A stretch of DNA of 64,000 nucleotides from Octopus sinensis. Taxonomy: Eukaryota. Both the position numbers and the translations under genes were made by a program. The stretch spans positions 64,666,001 through 64,730,000 of the forward strand of contig NC_043001.1 in the NCBI RefSeq assembly GCF_006345805.1. The letters run 5' to 3'. The notes under the pieces are model-generated. The model saw only the letters and a list, made by a program, of their open reading frames with translations. It made no database searches and was not told where the DNA came from. Shown here piece after piece: positions 41,086-54,558 of this stretch (positions are counted from its first letter, which is position 1; the number at the start of each line of letters is the position of its first letter).

Positions 41086-42949
41086 ACACACATATATATG
41101 ATGAATATTTAAGTATAAATATAGAGATGTTTATATTAATAGATCTAATTTGCACAGTACAAATGACATTGAACATTAAAAGGGAGGAAGAAAGATGTTA
41201 TAAGTCCAACAGCTGTTTCTCAGAGATCCATCATAATGTTGGTAGAAGTGGTTCATTACAACATGCGGCCATAATTGAAGCCATCGACATTGCATAAATC
41301 TAGCCTCCATCATCAGGTTAGAATAGACCTTACATTTCAAATCATAATGCTGAGAAGTTCAAACATGGAATGATTAAATGTGGAGAGCTATCCCCAAGCC
41401 CCCAGCACCTTTCTTCCTGAAAATATTTCTAAATACTTAAAGGTGCTTATTATTTCTATCTTGGCTCTGAACATTTTTTTTGTTAAATGTGATTATTTTC
41501 ATACTTATTTTAAAAGTTGACATTAAAATTTAACTGAATAATTCTGCAAAATGTATACTCATAGTTAAATTTTAAAGGTGGTGTATTTAGTTGAAAGACA
41601 GAATGTTGCAATATTAAGTCTTCAACAGCCTGTTTGCAACCTGATTATAATCCTAGTGAGATTAATTCAATTATTTCATTTTCAAAATGTTTATAAATTT
41701 TTGTTCCAGGTTGATACTTTGTCCCAAAACACCAAAGATTTATCTTTATCAGAAAAGCACCCAAAAATGAAATCACAATTTGAGAAGAAAAGTAACCTCT
41801 CTACGGTAAAACTTTTAGATAATTTTCTATTAAAATCAAATTTTATATTTCTTTTAAGATATGCTTTTGTCATGGATTCAATCCGTTGTTTTATCACTTT
41901 CATTCTTTGATTATTTTAGATATAAAATATGTGTGTCTAGATGTAGTGGATAAATTTGTGTAATTTCTGTTAAACCACGAAGTTAGTTACAAGTAAAATA
42001 TATGATTAGATGTCATTTTTAAATATCATTTGAGATGAAGCAGAGTATTTACTTTTTCTATATTACATTCCATAAGGGAATTACCTAACCCATTTAATTT
42101 ATCATCCTTTGTAGGACAATAATATTTACTCAATGCAATTAATTTTTTAAAAAATTAAATATTGCTTTTATTTTTGCTAAAAAAAAATTGTAATTGTTAT
42201 GAAATTTTCCATCAAGTATGAAGGCATTCATTCAGAAAGAAGTCTTCTATCACTCCAGAATGAAAATATGACCTACAGAGTAAACACATTCCCAAAAAAG
42301 AATTTAACATCAATGACTATGTACAATATCATCATCATCATCATCACTATCAGTAGCAGCAGCACCATCACTGCTATCATCTGACACTAAATAACAGTGT
42401 TGTACATGCATACCTAATGTGATTTATTACATGCTCATTGATGGTTACAAACATGCAAACTCCAATACATCACTTAACAGTGATTCTGATATTACCAGGT
42501 AGAAATCCACAATATGAATTTTGCTTTACTTTTATTGTGATGGATTTGAACCAAGATATTACCGAGGAACTAACTATTGGTTCATTGTAACAGATTTAAA
42601 GATTCCTTAATTTTATTATCAATATTCCTTAAAATTTTTTGCCTGTTAAACCCATTTCTGAATTTGCTGAGTTAATTATGCTGCATTGTAGGTAGAAGAT
42701 TCTTACTCTTATTAGATAATCACTTTCTCAGCAACTATAAGATTATTTAATAGGCACACTTAAAATCACATATTCACGCTCTCTCTCTCTCTCTCTCTCT
42801 CTAGTGTAAAGATCTATATCAATAAAAATCCAATGACTCAGACCTGCCCTGTGTGCATGTGCAGAGGTAAATCTAAATGTCCTCTATAGCAAGCATGTAA
42901 TATATCCTCCACTGTTTATTAAGCACAAGTATTGGCAAACTATGGCAAT

Positions 42950-43225
42950 GCGTGGGCAGAGACCTAGTGTTATATTGAATCCATGGAAGGGAAATTTAAA
43001 TCCAGATACAACAACCATCTTTCAATTTTTAGACACCCCAAGAAGAGACATGCAACAATCCTCTCAGCAACCTAAGAGATGGAGAAATAGCATCACAGCA
43101 TGGACAGGCCTTGACATGATTTCACTTAATACCTTTGCTAAAGATAAATACTATGAATGCAGCTATATCATGTCGGTGTGCATTCTGCCACAGGCAGAGA
43201 TGGCAGGAAATGATAATAATGATTA
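42950..43225 (+). mobile_element. Possible very old LINE 3' end
   Basis: PKRWRNSITAWTGL resembles RTE-like C-termini. Confidence 0.3.
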
Positions 43226-43709
43226 ATTATCTCCCCTGTGTTTCACTGTTTTTCTTTTTCTAAATGTGCATGCTCAACCAAAAGTCACTTACATCAAATG
43301 CAGTTACTAAAGTGTCATTGTTTTACCAGCTTGATAAATGCCAAAATAAATTAATATTCCCACCAGGAAACCCTGGACAGATGTCTATCACAAGGATTTT
43401 ATGATTCTTCTAATGATTATAATGATTATTATGTACATATATATATATCTTTGTGTGTGTGTGTACATATTGCATGTGTCATAGATGCACTATGTTTTTG
43501 CATTTTGTGAGAGGTGGTTGAAAGGATTTGCAACAGGAAAGGTATCCAGCCATAAAACACTGCTCATAATTAGACTCATTTAGCCATCCTACAATTGAAA
43601 GTTGAACGTAAAATTATTATGCATGTGTTTGTATGTATGTATTTGTGTGTGCATACAAATTTATATATAAAAAGGAGAAAAACTATGTGTGTGTGTGTAT
43701 ATATATATA

Positions 43710-43786
<77 letters not shown>

Positions 43787-43829
43787 ACGTATATATATAT
43801 ACATATATATATATACATATACATATATA

Positions 43830-44784
43830 TATACAAATATTCTATAATTATAAACATAATTATAATCAGGGGTCAGCTAATTGCTTCATCATGCACCAAA
43901 TTTTGAAATAGGAGTTAAAATGCCTTTTCTGCTACCATAGAAATCTCCCAGACAGTAACACACTTTTTTAAATAAGCAAAAAGAAAAAATAACAACTCCA
44001 TACAACTCAGATTAGCTACATACGTGTTTCAAGATTAAAGTAAAGTAATATTTATTTACTTATTTCCCATCATAAGTGCAGCATTTCAAGATATAAATTT
44101 GAGAGTGTTAGAATTAAATATGTATGCAATCAAGTGTCATTGCTTAACAGATATTTAACCAACACTTTCAAAAATATACAGCAAAATGTGACCACATATT
44201 TATCCTCATGTATGTTATGAGTAATCCTGCAGAAACTGCAGTTTTCGATCAGGGAATAAATTATAATTTCAATAATAATAAAAGGGTAAAATTAATTAAT
44301 TCATTAATCAATCAATCAATTAATTAATTAATAATTTTACCAAGTAGTTCAGTATGTTAAAATAACCTTTTCAGGTAAAATTATATAAATATTCTATAAT
44401 TATAAACATAATCATAATCAGGGGTTAACTAATTGCTTCACCACACATCAAATTTAGAAATAGGAGTTAAAATGCCTTTTCTGCTACCATAGAGATCTCC
44501 CAGATACTATATTTTTTCTTTTTGCCTATGTAAAAAAGTGTGTTACTGTCTGGGAGATCTCTATGGTAACAGAAAAGCATTTTAACTCTTATTTCTAAAT
44601 TCAGTGCATGGTGAAGCAATTAGCTGACCCCTGATTATAATTATGCTTATAATTATAGAATATTTGTATAATTTTACCTAAAAAGGTTATTTTAACATAC
44701 AGAACTACTTGGTAAAATTATTAATTAATAATTAATTAATTGATTGATTAATGAATGAATTAATTTTACCCTTTTATTATTATT
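43830..44784. repeat. Fold-back / MITE-like inverted repeat complex
   Basis: Arms 44271-44504 and 44549-44784 are inverted with a 44-nt spacer; 43830-43991 is inverted at 44510-44670. Confidence 0.85.
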
Positions 44785-44854
44785 ATTATTATATATATTA
44801 TTGAAAAAACATAGCCACTAAAATATCATGCCTATCAGCCAATGAGACAATATT

Positions 44855-45890
44855 CAACGTGCAATGAAACACTAGCTATGGTTGGGTATAAGGAAAAAAA
44901 TCACCTGGTGAAGCCCTAAATACTACTAATACCCAAGCACCTAAAGTAGAAAACACATACAACATGAAAAACAACAACAAACGCATGACAATAAAAACCC
45001 AAGACACAATAAAAAGATAGGAAAAAATAAACAAAACCCAATATAATAACAATAATAGCAAAAATGACATACAAAATGCCAACAACACACAAAATAGGTT
45101 ATTGGAACCAAACAAAAATATAAAAATTCCAAGTTCTTATGGTACAACCCAATTTTCAGATTGCAAATATCATCGAAGATTGGTAAACAATTCCTTGCAG
45201 CATTAGATAGATGCTTCCCTAAAACACATAAATATCGTATCTTCAACAAGCATACAGTGAAAATATCATATGCCACATCCAACAACATGGAGTACTATAA
45301 AGACAAATACAACAATAAAAAAATACATGCAAACAACAGCCACAGACCAGGAACAAACAGAACAAAACAACACAAAAAATAAACACAATAAATAGTAACC
45401 CTAACAGTTATAATAGGATCCAAACAAAAACTTAAAAAAGAATTGACAAAACAGGCAGTAATATCAAGAACACTCCAGACACTTCTAATCAACTGGAACT
45501 TCACAAAAACAAAATGTCACCAATAACTACAAAAATAAAAATAGTGCAAATCATTGCAGCTGTCACAAGAAAAATACATACACGTGAACAAATACATGCA
45601 AAAAAACATCATATACAAGTATATAATCACCACACCACAACATAAATATGCATATATAGGAGCCTCCAAAAACCAACTCAAAGTCCATTATTGCAACCAT
45701 ACCTCCTCATTCTGAAAGATAAACCAGCAACATGCAACATCGCTAGCCAATGGAGATTAAAAGAAAGAAAAAGAAAATATGAAATAGAATATTCAATAAT
45801 AAAAAATGCACACCTATATAATATATTATTCGGCATATGTGGGTTGTCACCACACCATATTTGCATTTTCCAGTACATGAATGATAACAA
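44855..45890 (+). mobile_element. Old decayed PLE (family C): thumb and GIY-YIG remnant
   Basis: LWYNPIF..SKIGKQFLAALDRCFPKTHKYRIFNKHTVKISYA; ASQWRLKERKRKYEIEYSIIKNA; homologous to PLE-A/B. Confidence 0.7.
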
Positions 45891-46037
45891 TTCAGTGAAC
45901 TCTCCTCCTCTCCCTTCTGCTTATCCATGTGTGTGTGTGTGTCTGTTTGGTTGTATTTCTATATGTACATTTACATATCTGTCCGCATGTTTATTATGCA
46001 TTTGATATATGTATCTTCATATATATGTGTGTGAATG

Positions 46038-46080
<43 letters not shown>

Positions 46081-46096
46081 TTTATTATATAGAAGG

Positions 46097-46147
46097 AGCT
46101 TCTACAGGACTAGAACTGTTTCATTCAAGAGAAATCTTCAGGAAGCT
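46097..46147 (-). ncRNA. Type I hammerhead ribozyme motif (PLE-A, inverted copy)
   Basis: Reverse complement of 50090-50140. Confidence 0.8.
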
Positions 46148-47639
46148 AGTTAACAAGAATTGTATTGGCATTTATACATTTAGGCAGGTTTAAAGGGGTG
46201 TTGGTGGGGGACTTTTTGGGGGTAGGCATAGCGCAAAAAATCATACTTGGGGGAGTGGTCAAGGAGTCAGTGTTAAATTAGATAGGAGAATTCTTTTCTA
46301 TGACGGATCCCACTGGATCAACAAAAAATCTGTGACCCCCTTCGACGTCAGCATGGGTGCTAACGACTCTGCTGAAATAAGTGACCTAGTGGGCCTTTTC
46401 ATCCTCCATAGGCTGAAAACCCTATTCACAGGCCTCTCCGGTGGTCTTTACCGCGATGACGGCCTTTTCGCCCTCCACAAAGTAAACCCCAGGACCACGG
46501 ATGGGTTCCGGAAAAATCTTTACACCTTCTTTAAAAACTTAGGCCTTAGGATTACCTTAGAATCCAACTTAACTAAAGCTAACTTCCTTGATGTCACCCT
46601 CGACTTAAAAACCTCACTTTATTACCCGTACCACAAACTGAATGAATCCCTTAAATATATAGATATTAATTCAAACCACCCAAAAATATATTAGATAACC
46701 TAGTAAAAAGTGTCTCAATTAGAATTTCTAGCCTGTCCGCCACGGAAGATATCTTTAAGGCCGCAGCCCCCTATTACAACGAGGCCCTGGCCCGTAGTGG
46801 CTTCAAAGATAAGATTACCTATACTAGTATAGCCCCACGCAACCAGGAAAAATAGACGAAGACACATTAGCTGGTACAACCCCCCTTCAACCGTGAGGTC
46901 GCTACACCTGTAGCTAAAATCTTCTTCACTCTCCTACAGAAAACTTCCCCACCCAACATAAGTACTACACTATCCTAAATAAGAACACTATTAGACTCTC
47001 CTACTCTACCACGCCCAATCTAGCCAGGAACCTAGCCAACAACAATGTGAAAAAACTTAACATACCTACTTTTTCCGAGGCCCATCCAACGTCCGATAGC
47101 AATTGCAACTGCCCTGATAAAACTACCTGCCCCCTCAACAACAACTGCCTACAGAGGGACCTAGTATATACATGCGAGGTAAGATCAGGCCCTGACGATA
47201 AAAGAAAATCCTACATAGGAATGACGTCAAACAGCTTTAAGACCCGTTGGTACGCACACACAACTCGTTCCGGCGACAGGAAATCCAACCACCAACTACC
47301 CTCGCCGCCCACATCTGGTACCTTAAAAGGAATTCCATCCCCTTCAAGACCAAGTGGAAACTACTACAGAAGGCGCGCTCGTACACAGGAGGCCATACCT
47401 GCTGTGACCTCTGCATATCGGAGAGCCTAGAGATCTTGTTCGCCAAAGGCCCTCTCCTTAACAAAATCTCAGAACACTCCCCAAATTGTATGCATAAGAA
47501 GTATGCGAACTACAAGAACTATAGACCTACCCGGCAACCAGATTGATGACACCCCACCCACAAAACCCCCCCCATCCCACCGTCCCCCTAGCACCCCCGA
47601 TTACCTTTTCTCCTAAGACCTTTCACATATTGTATGTGC

Positions 47640-47753
47640 ACGCTTGTAGATGTGTATCGTATATATGTATAGAAATGTATGGGTATAGTAGGATTATACG
47701 CATGTATTATGTGTGTGTGTGCGTGTATGTATGTAAAAAAATATATATGTGTG

Positions 47754-47785
<32 letters not shown>

Positions 47786-48050
47786 TGTGTGTATGTATAT
47801 GTATATATATATATATATGTATGTGCGTGTGTGTGTGTGTGTGTGTGTGGTGTATATATGTATAGATGTATGTATGTATATATGTATATTTGTGTGTATG
47901 CATATGTATGTGTATATGTATGTGTGTATGTATATATATGTGTGTAAGTGTGTGTATATATGTAAATGTAAGTGTGTGTGCTTGTATGAGAATGTATGTA
48001 TGTTTGCACACATGTATATATATGTGTGTGTATGTGTGTGTGTATGTATA

Positions 48051-48097
<47 letters not shown>

Positions 48098-48474
48098 ACA
48101 TATATATATATATGTGTATATATATGTGTATGTATATATGTGTATGTGAGTGTGTGTGTATACATGTGTGTATGTGTATGTATGTATGTATATATATGCG
48201 TGTGCATGGGTATATGTATATGTACATATGCGCGTACGCTCGTGTGTTTATGTATGTGTAGGTACGTAGAGTTATCTATGTGTGTATTTATATGTACATG
48301 TGTAAGTATGTGTTATATATGTATGTGTGTATGTATATGTATGTGTATGTGTCTGTGTATTATATATGATATATATATATATATATATATAATATATATG
48401 TGATGTATGTGTGTATGGTATATGTAGGTGTATGTGTGTATGTATATATTTATATATATGTGTGTGTATGTATG

Positions 48475-48528
<54 letters not shown>

Positions 48529-48857
48529 TATCTATGTGTGTAAGTTATTATATGTATGTATCCGTCTATATAATAGGTAACTGCACGTACATATACTTAA
48601 TTATTTTTTGAGTATGCATGTATGAATAACTGCGCGTATAATATTTTACTATTTACTTATTTTTTGAGTATGCATGTTAGTATGAATATATATATGTATA
48701 TATGTGTATATATATATATTATATATATGTATGTATATATGTACTTGTATGTATTTGTATGTAGGTGTACATGTATGTATGTGTGTGTATTTATACTTAT
48801 GGGTGTATAGTATAGACTAGCCTTCGAAGAGTGTAGACATGAATCTGTAGGTACGCG

Positions 48858-48892
<35 letters not shown>

Positions 48893-49754
48893 GTACATGT
48901 ATGTATTTGTATGTAGGTGTACATGTATGTGTGTGTATTATATTTATTGGTGTATATGTATAGACTAGCCTTCTAAGAGTGTAGACATGAATCTGTAGGT
49001 ACGCGTACGTATGTGTATATACGTGATGTATGTAGATGTATGTATGTATGAATATAACGCGTGCGTGCGTGTATGCGTATGAGTGTACGAATGAGTGAGT
49101 GTACGTGCTAAAGAGTGTGCGTGAGTGAATGAGTAATGTTTTCCAGTAGCCGGATAAATGGTCTGGCTGTCATAGCCAAGATGTTTGTGACCAAGCGGCC
49201 AAAGATAACAAAAGTAATAAACGAAGATAATAAAATTAAAATTAGGGAATGGGTCTGTATTTGTATATGTATATATATATATATATGTGTGTATGTGTAG
49301 GTATGCATGGGTACACATATGTATATACATGTGTATATATATATATATATATATGTGTATGTATATATATGTGTATATGTATGTGTATGTATGTATATAT
49401 ATGTGTATGTATGTGTATGTGTGGGTGTATATATATGTGTGTATGTGTATATATGTGTATATAGGGACTAGTGTGCTGTGTGTGCATGTGTGTGTATGGA
49501 TTTGTGTGTGTATGCGTGTATGTGAGTAGATGTGTGTGTATGTGTATATATATTTTTTCTGTGTGTATATGTATATGTGTGGTCGTGTGTGTATATACAT
49601 GTGTGTATACGTGTATGCAAGTGAGTGTGTGTATGTATACATATATATGTGTATGTGTAGATATGTATATGTATGTGTGATTGTATATATGTGTGTATGT
49701 GTAGAGGTATAAGTGAGAATCTCCTTATTTACCTAAAACTCTATTCCCCCCTTT

Positions 49755-49809
<55 letters not shown>

Positions 49810-49907
49810 TTTTTTATTTTTATTTTTATTTTATTTTTTTTTTTTTTATATTTTTTTATTTTCTTTTTTTTTTTTATTTTTTATTTTTTATATTTTATAT
49901 TTTATTT

Positions 49908-49943
<36 letters not shown>

Positions 49944-49950
49944 ATTATTC
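47640..49950. repeat. Complex TA/TG microsatellite and poly(T/A) region forming the PLE-A 3' extension (copy 1)
   Basis: Same ordered motifs recur at 52500-53384 plus 57639-59170, and at 59591-61840. Confidence 0.9.
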
Positions 49951-50089
49951 TCCTATCTAATTTAACACTGACTCCTTGACCACTCCCCCAAGTATGATTT
50001 TTTGCGCTATGCCTACCCCAAAAAAAGTCCCCCACCAACACCCCTTTAAACCTGCCTAAATGTAAATGCCAATACAATTCTTGTTAACT

Positions 50090-50140
50090 AGCTTCCTGAA
50101 GATTTCTCTTGAATGAAACAGTTCTAGTCCTGTAGAAGCT
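50090..50140 (+). ncRNA. Type I hammerhead ribozyme motif (PLE-A)
   Basis: Stem I AGCTTC/GAAGCT; core CTGAAGA; stem II TTC/GAA closed by U.U; GAAA; stem III ACAG/CTGT; GUA triplet, cleavage after 50134. Confidence 0.85.
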
Positions 50141-50272
50141 CCTTCTATATAATAAATTAATTTTACTCTGCTATGTATTGAGTACCTTATTTACTGTGGT
50201 TAACCCCGAATCAACCCGGGACCTACATATCCTAGCACACCCTAGTGCCCTTATAACCATCACCAAGAAAAA

Positions 50273-52409
50273 ATGCTGACAAGAATTGACCTCGACACTT
50301 CCCTGAAGAACATTACTATCCCACCAAGGAAACAGTACCAAAAAGCCCTCATTAGACGGACTGATGAGTTCATCAAAAGAATCCGATGGAGATCGTTCTT
50401 CTTCGACCATCCTGATGTAGCATCTACCAGTAATGATAAGTACGGCTTCAAATCAAATAAGGCCCCTCCTACCAACAGCCTACTTGAACCGTTTGAAGAA
50501 GACCTCTTCCTCATGATAAAAAACATCAAATTCAGGAGAGTCAACTTACCTTTCCAAACGGAACTGAATGAGAAGCTTTCGAAAATGAAAAGCTCCAAGA
50601 ACCTCCATGTCCCTTCGGACAAGACAAAAAATATTTACGCGGTGACTCCGGATACCTACAACAGACTAGCCGATAACGCCATCACAGCTAAGTACAAGAA
50701 AGTAGACGACGCAGCGCTAACTGAAACCAATTTAGCCGGGAAAGTGATTGCCACCTCCCTTAAAATCGATGACCGAACCGAACCCCTGAGGGTGAAGTCC
50801 CCACACTTCACCTGAAGGACCACAAAGACCATTTCGAAAATAAACCGTCGGTCCGTTTGATTAACCCAACCAAGTCTGACATCGGATCCGTCAGCAAGAA
50901 GATCCTGGACAGGATTTTACCAAAAATGCGTGAAGCTTCACCCCTTCCACTCTGGAATAGGACCTCCGAGGCAATAACCTGGTTCCAGGATTACCTGATA
51001 AAAGCAACACCCGATTCCTACAACTGGATTATCGAGGATTACTACGCCTCCATATCGGAGAGCTTGCTGATCGACGCGATTAACTTCGCCAGGAGGTCTT
51101 CCACCATCACCGAGGTCGAGCAAGATGTGATACTCCAAGCACGTAAGACTTTTCTTTTCTATGACGGATCCCACTGGATCAACAAAAAATCTGTGACCCC
51201 TTCGACGTCAGCATGGGTGCTAACGACTCTGCTGAAAAAGTGACCTAGTGGGCCTTTTCATCCTCCATAGGCTGAAAACCCTATTCACAGGCCTCTCCGG
51301 TGGTCTTTACCGCGATGACGGCCTTTTCGCCCTCCACAAAGTAAACCCCAGGACCACGGATGGTTCCGGAAAAATCTTTACACCTTCTTTAAAAACTTAG
51401 GCCTTAGGATTACCTTAGAATCCAACTTAACTAAAGCTAACTTCCTTGATGTCACCCTCGACTTAAAAACCTCACTTTATTACCCGTACCACAAACCGAA
51501 TGAATCCCTTAAATATATAGATATTAATTCAAACCACCCCAAAAATATATTAGATAACCTAGTAAAAAGTGTCTCAATTAGAATTTCTAGCCTGTCCGCC
51601 ACGGAAGATATCTTTAAGGCCGCAGCCCCCTATTACAACGAGGCCCTGGCCCGTAGTGGCTTCAAAGATAAGATTACCTATACTAGTATAGCCCCACGCC
51701 AACCCAGGAAAAATAGACGAAGACACATTAGCTGGTACAACCCCCCTTCAACCGTGAGGTCGCTACACCTGTAGCTAAAATCTTCTTCACTCTCCTACAG
51801 AAACACTTCCCCACCCAACATAAGTACTACACTATCCTAAATAAGAACACTATTAGACTCTCCTACTCTACCACGCCCAATCTAGCCAGGAACCTAGCCA
51901 ACAACAATGTGAAAAAACTTAACATACCTACTTTTTCCGAGGCCCATCCAATGTCCGATAGCAATTGCAACTGCCCTGATAAAACTACCTGCCCCCTCAA
52001 CAACAACTGCCTACAGAGGGACCTAGTATATACATGCGAGGTAAGATCAGGCCCTGACGATAAAAGAAAATCCTACATAGGAATGACGTCAAACAGCTTT
52101 AAGACCCGTTGGTACGCACACACACACTCGTTCCGGCGACAGGATAAATCCAACCAAACTACCCTCGCCGCCCACATCTGGTACCTTAAAAGGAATTCCA
52201 TCCCCTTCAAGACCAAGTGGAAACTACTACAGAAGGCGCGCTCGTACACAGGAGGCCATACCTGCTGTGACCTCTGCATATCGGAGAGCCTAGAGATCTT
52301 GTTCGCCAAAGGCCCTCTCCTTAACAAAATCTCAGAACACTCCCCAAATTGTATGCATAAGAAGTATGCGAACTACAAGAACTATAGACCTACCCGGCAA
52401 CCAGATTGA
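50273..52409 (+). CDS. PLE-A RT plus C-terminal GIY-YIG polyprotein (~710 aa, frameshifted in this sequence)
   Basis: SLKNITIP..FIKRIRWRSFFF N-terminus; RLINPTKSDIG; YRDDG; CNC..CPL..C, LVY..YIG, CDLCISE; ORF segments 50273-50815, 50857-51243, 51909-52409. Confidence 0.85.
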
Positions 52410-52615
52410 TGACACCCCACCACAAAACCCCCCCAATCCCACCGTCCCCCTAGCACCCCCGATTACCTTTTCTCCTAAGACCTTTCACATATTGTATGTG
52501 CACGCTTGTAGATGTGTATCGTATATATGTATAGAAATGTATGGGTATAGTAGGATTATACGCATGTATTATGTGTGTGTGTGCGTGTATGTATGTAAAA
52601 AAATATATATGTGTG

Positions 52616-52649
<34 letters not shown>

Positions 52650-53201
52650 TGTGTGTATGTATATGTATATATATATATATATGTATGTGCGTGTGGTGTG
52701 TGTGTGTGTGTGTATATATGTATAGATGTATGTATGTATATATGTATATTTGTGTGTATGCATATGTATGTGTATATGTATGTGTGTATGTATATATATG
52801 TGTGTAAGTGTGTGTATATATGTAAATGTAAGTGTGTGTGCTTGTATGAGAATGTATGTATGTTTGCACACATGTATATATATGTGTGTGTGTATGTGTG
52901 TGTGTATGTATATGTGGTGTATATATATATATATATATATATGTATACATATATATATATGTGTATATATATGTGTATGGTATATATGTGTATGTGAGTG
53001 GTGTGTATACATGTGTGTATGTGTATGTATGTATGTATATATATGCGTGTGCATGGGATATGTATATGTACATATGCGCGTACGCTCGTGTGTTTATGTA
53101 TGTGTAGGTACGTAGAGTTATCTATGTGTGTATTTTATGTACATGTGTAAGTATGTGTATATATATGTATGTATGTGTATGTATATGTATGTGTATGTGT
53201 G

Positions 53202-53287
<86 letters not shown>

Positions 53288-53439
53288 TGTGTATGTGATA
53301 TGTAGGTGTATGTGTGTATGTATAATTTATATATATGTGTGTGTATGTATGTATGTGTATATAATATATATATAATATATATATATTATTGGTGAATTGA
53401 AGAAATGGAGCTGAACGCAGATTGAACAGAAATCGTTTT

Positions 53440-53531
53440 ATTTCATTCTACACGTGTTTCGAAAGGCACAAATTACGAAAATCCGATTGAATAATGGGAC
53501 CATATTGTGTCTTTCTCTTCAGGAAGAAAAA
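53440..53531 (-). ncRNA. Type I hammerhead motif with long stem II (PLE-B, inverted arm)
   Basis: Reverse complement of 57341-57432 with one loop substitution. Confidence 0.75.
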
Positions 53532-54558
53532 AGGAAATCCGTTGGAAAAACAAAAACAGAACAGAGGCAGAGCAAAAAACAAATCGAACTGTGCTCCTAA
53601 GAGCCCATGGCGAAACTGTTTATCAGTGTATGTTGAGAACCGGTGCTGAAGAATTCAACAGGTCAGGCATCGGTCAACCATGTGGGTGAGGGTGTATAGA
53701 TGTTCTTTGTGACCGATAATAAAGTTCTGACTATTTAAAGAATATTGGATGTTTATAAGGGGCGAGAAAAAATCTACTTAGAGACGTGTGTGTGTGTATA
53801 CTGTTCTATATATGTGGTGTGGCGTAGGGGTAGAAAACATTTTTTGTGTACGTGTGTGCGTTTGATCGTTCGGCTGTCAGTGGCTACTGCCGTGATAACC
53901 GTTGGGTGGCAGAAAGAAAAAAAAAAAAAAAAAAGAATTATATATATATATTATGTTTTATGTGTGTGTGTGTGTTCATCCAAGCCTGCCTTGACAAGGA
54001 AACCCCCCGCTGTGAAAGAACAAGCCCCGTTTGTCTTACAGGAGTAATTTCCCTTGCAGTGGTTAATTGTAGATATTAAAATCTATTTCAGAATTTGTTA
54101 CCAAGGGCTATGGGTGCCGGTCTTGTTTATAAACGCTATTTAAAGGCCAGATAAGTGTAACGCCGCCAATGGGGGCATCGAAAAGCCGACTGTAAGAGCC
54201 CGTTTACCATCCGGCCTCTGGCAAACAAAATATGGAAGAGTTCGGAGACACAAAGGTTGCACTGTCTTCTGCCCCTATCAAATGGGAGGGCCACCGACAA
54301 AATTGACCATTCCAGCCTATAGCTTAAGTTCGCATCCTTCAGTCGCCATATTAGCTTACTGAGTCCCGTGGTCTGGCGCTTGTTCACGTCCCGAAAAGTT
54401 GCGTAATGGTTGGAGACACGCAAAGACAATCTTGAGGATGATGCCCCTATATAAGTGAAGGCATCTGAGTCCGTGTAAACCTTGCATTGGTAGACGGCGT
54501 TTTTGATCTTGGAGTTCGCCGACGTGAATCTTACTCTGCTAGGATTGGTTTCTGAAAT

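Larger units (their letters stand above)
46081..50230 (+). mobile_element. PLE family A copy 1 (5'-truncated, inverted pLTR at 5' end)
   Basis: 46081-46290 is the reverse complement of the pLTR; 46291-47546 RT-EN (FDVSMGANDSAE, YRDDG, CNCPDKTTCPL, YIGMT); 3' region 47547-50230. Confidence 0.92.

Noticed and set aside
41223-41320. Possible host exon (CAG|...CAG|GTTAGA)
   Set aside because: All three frames hit stops before the donor; no recognisable homology.
50813-50815. TGA ending the first PLE-A ORF segment as possible selenocysteine or readthrough (some PLE clades encode selenoproteins)
   Set aside because: The homologous KDHK motif continues in a different frame; one missing C (ACC-CTG-AAG) explains it as a frameshift.
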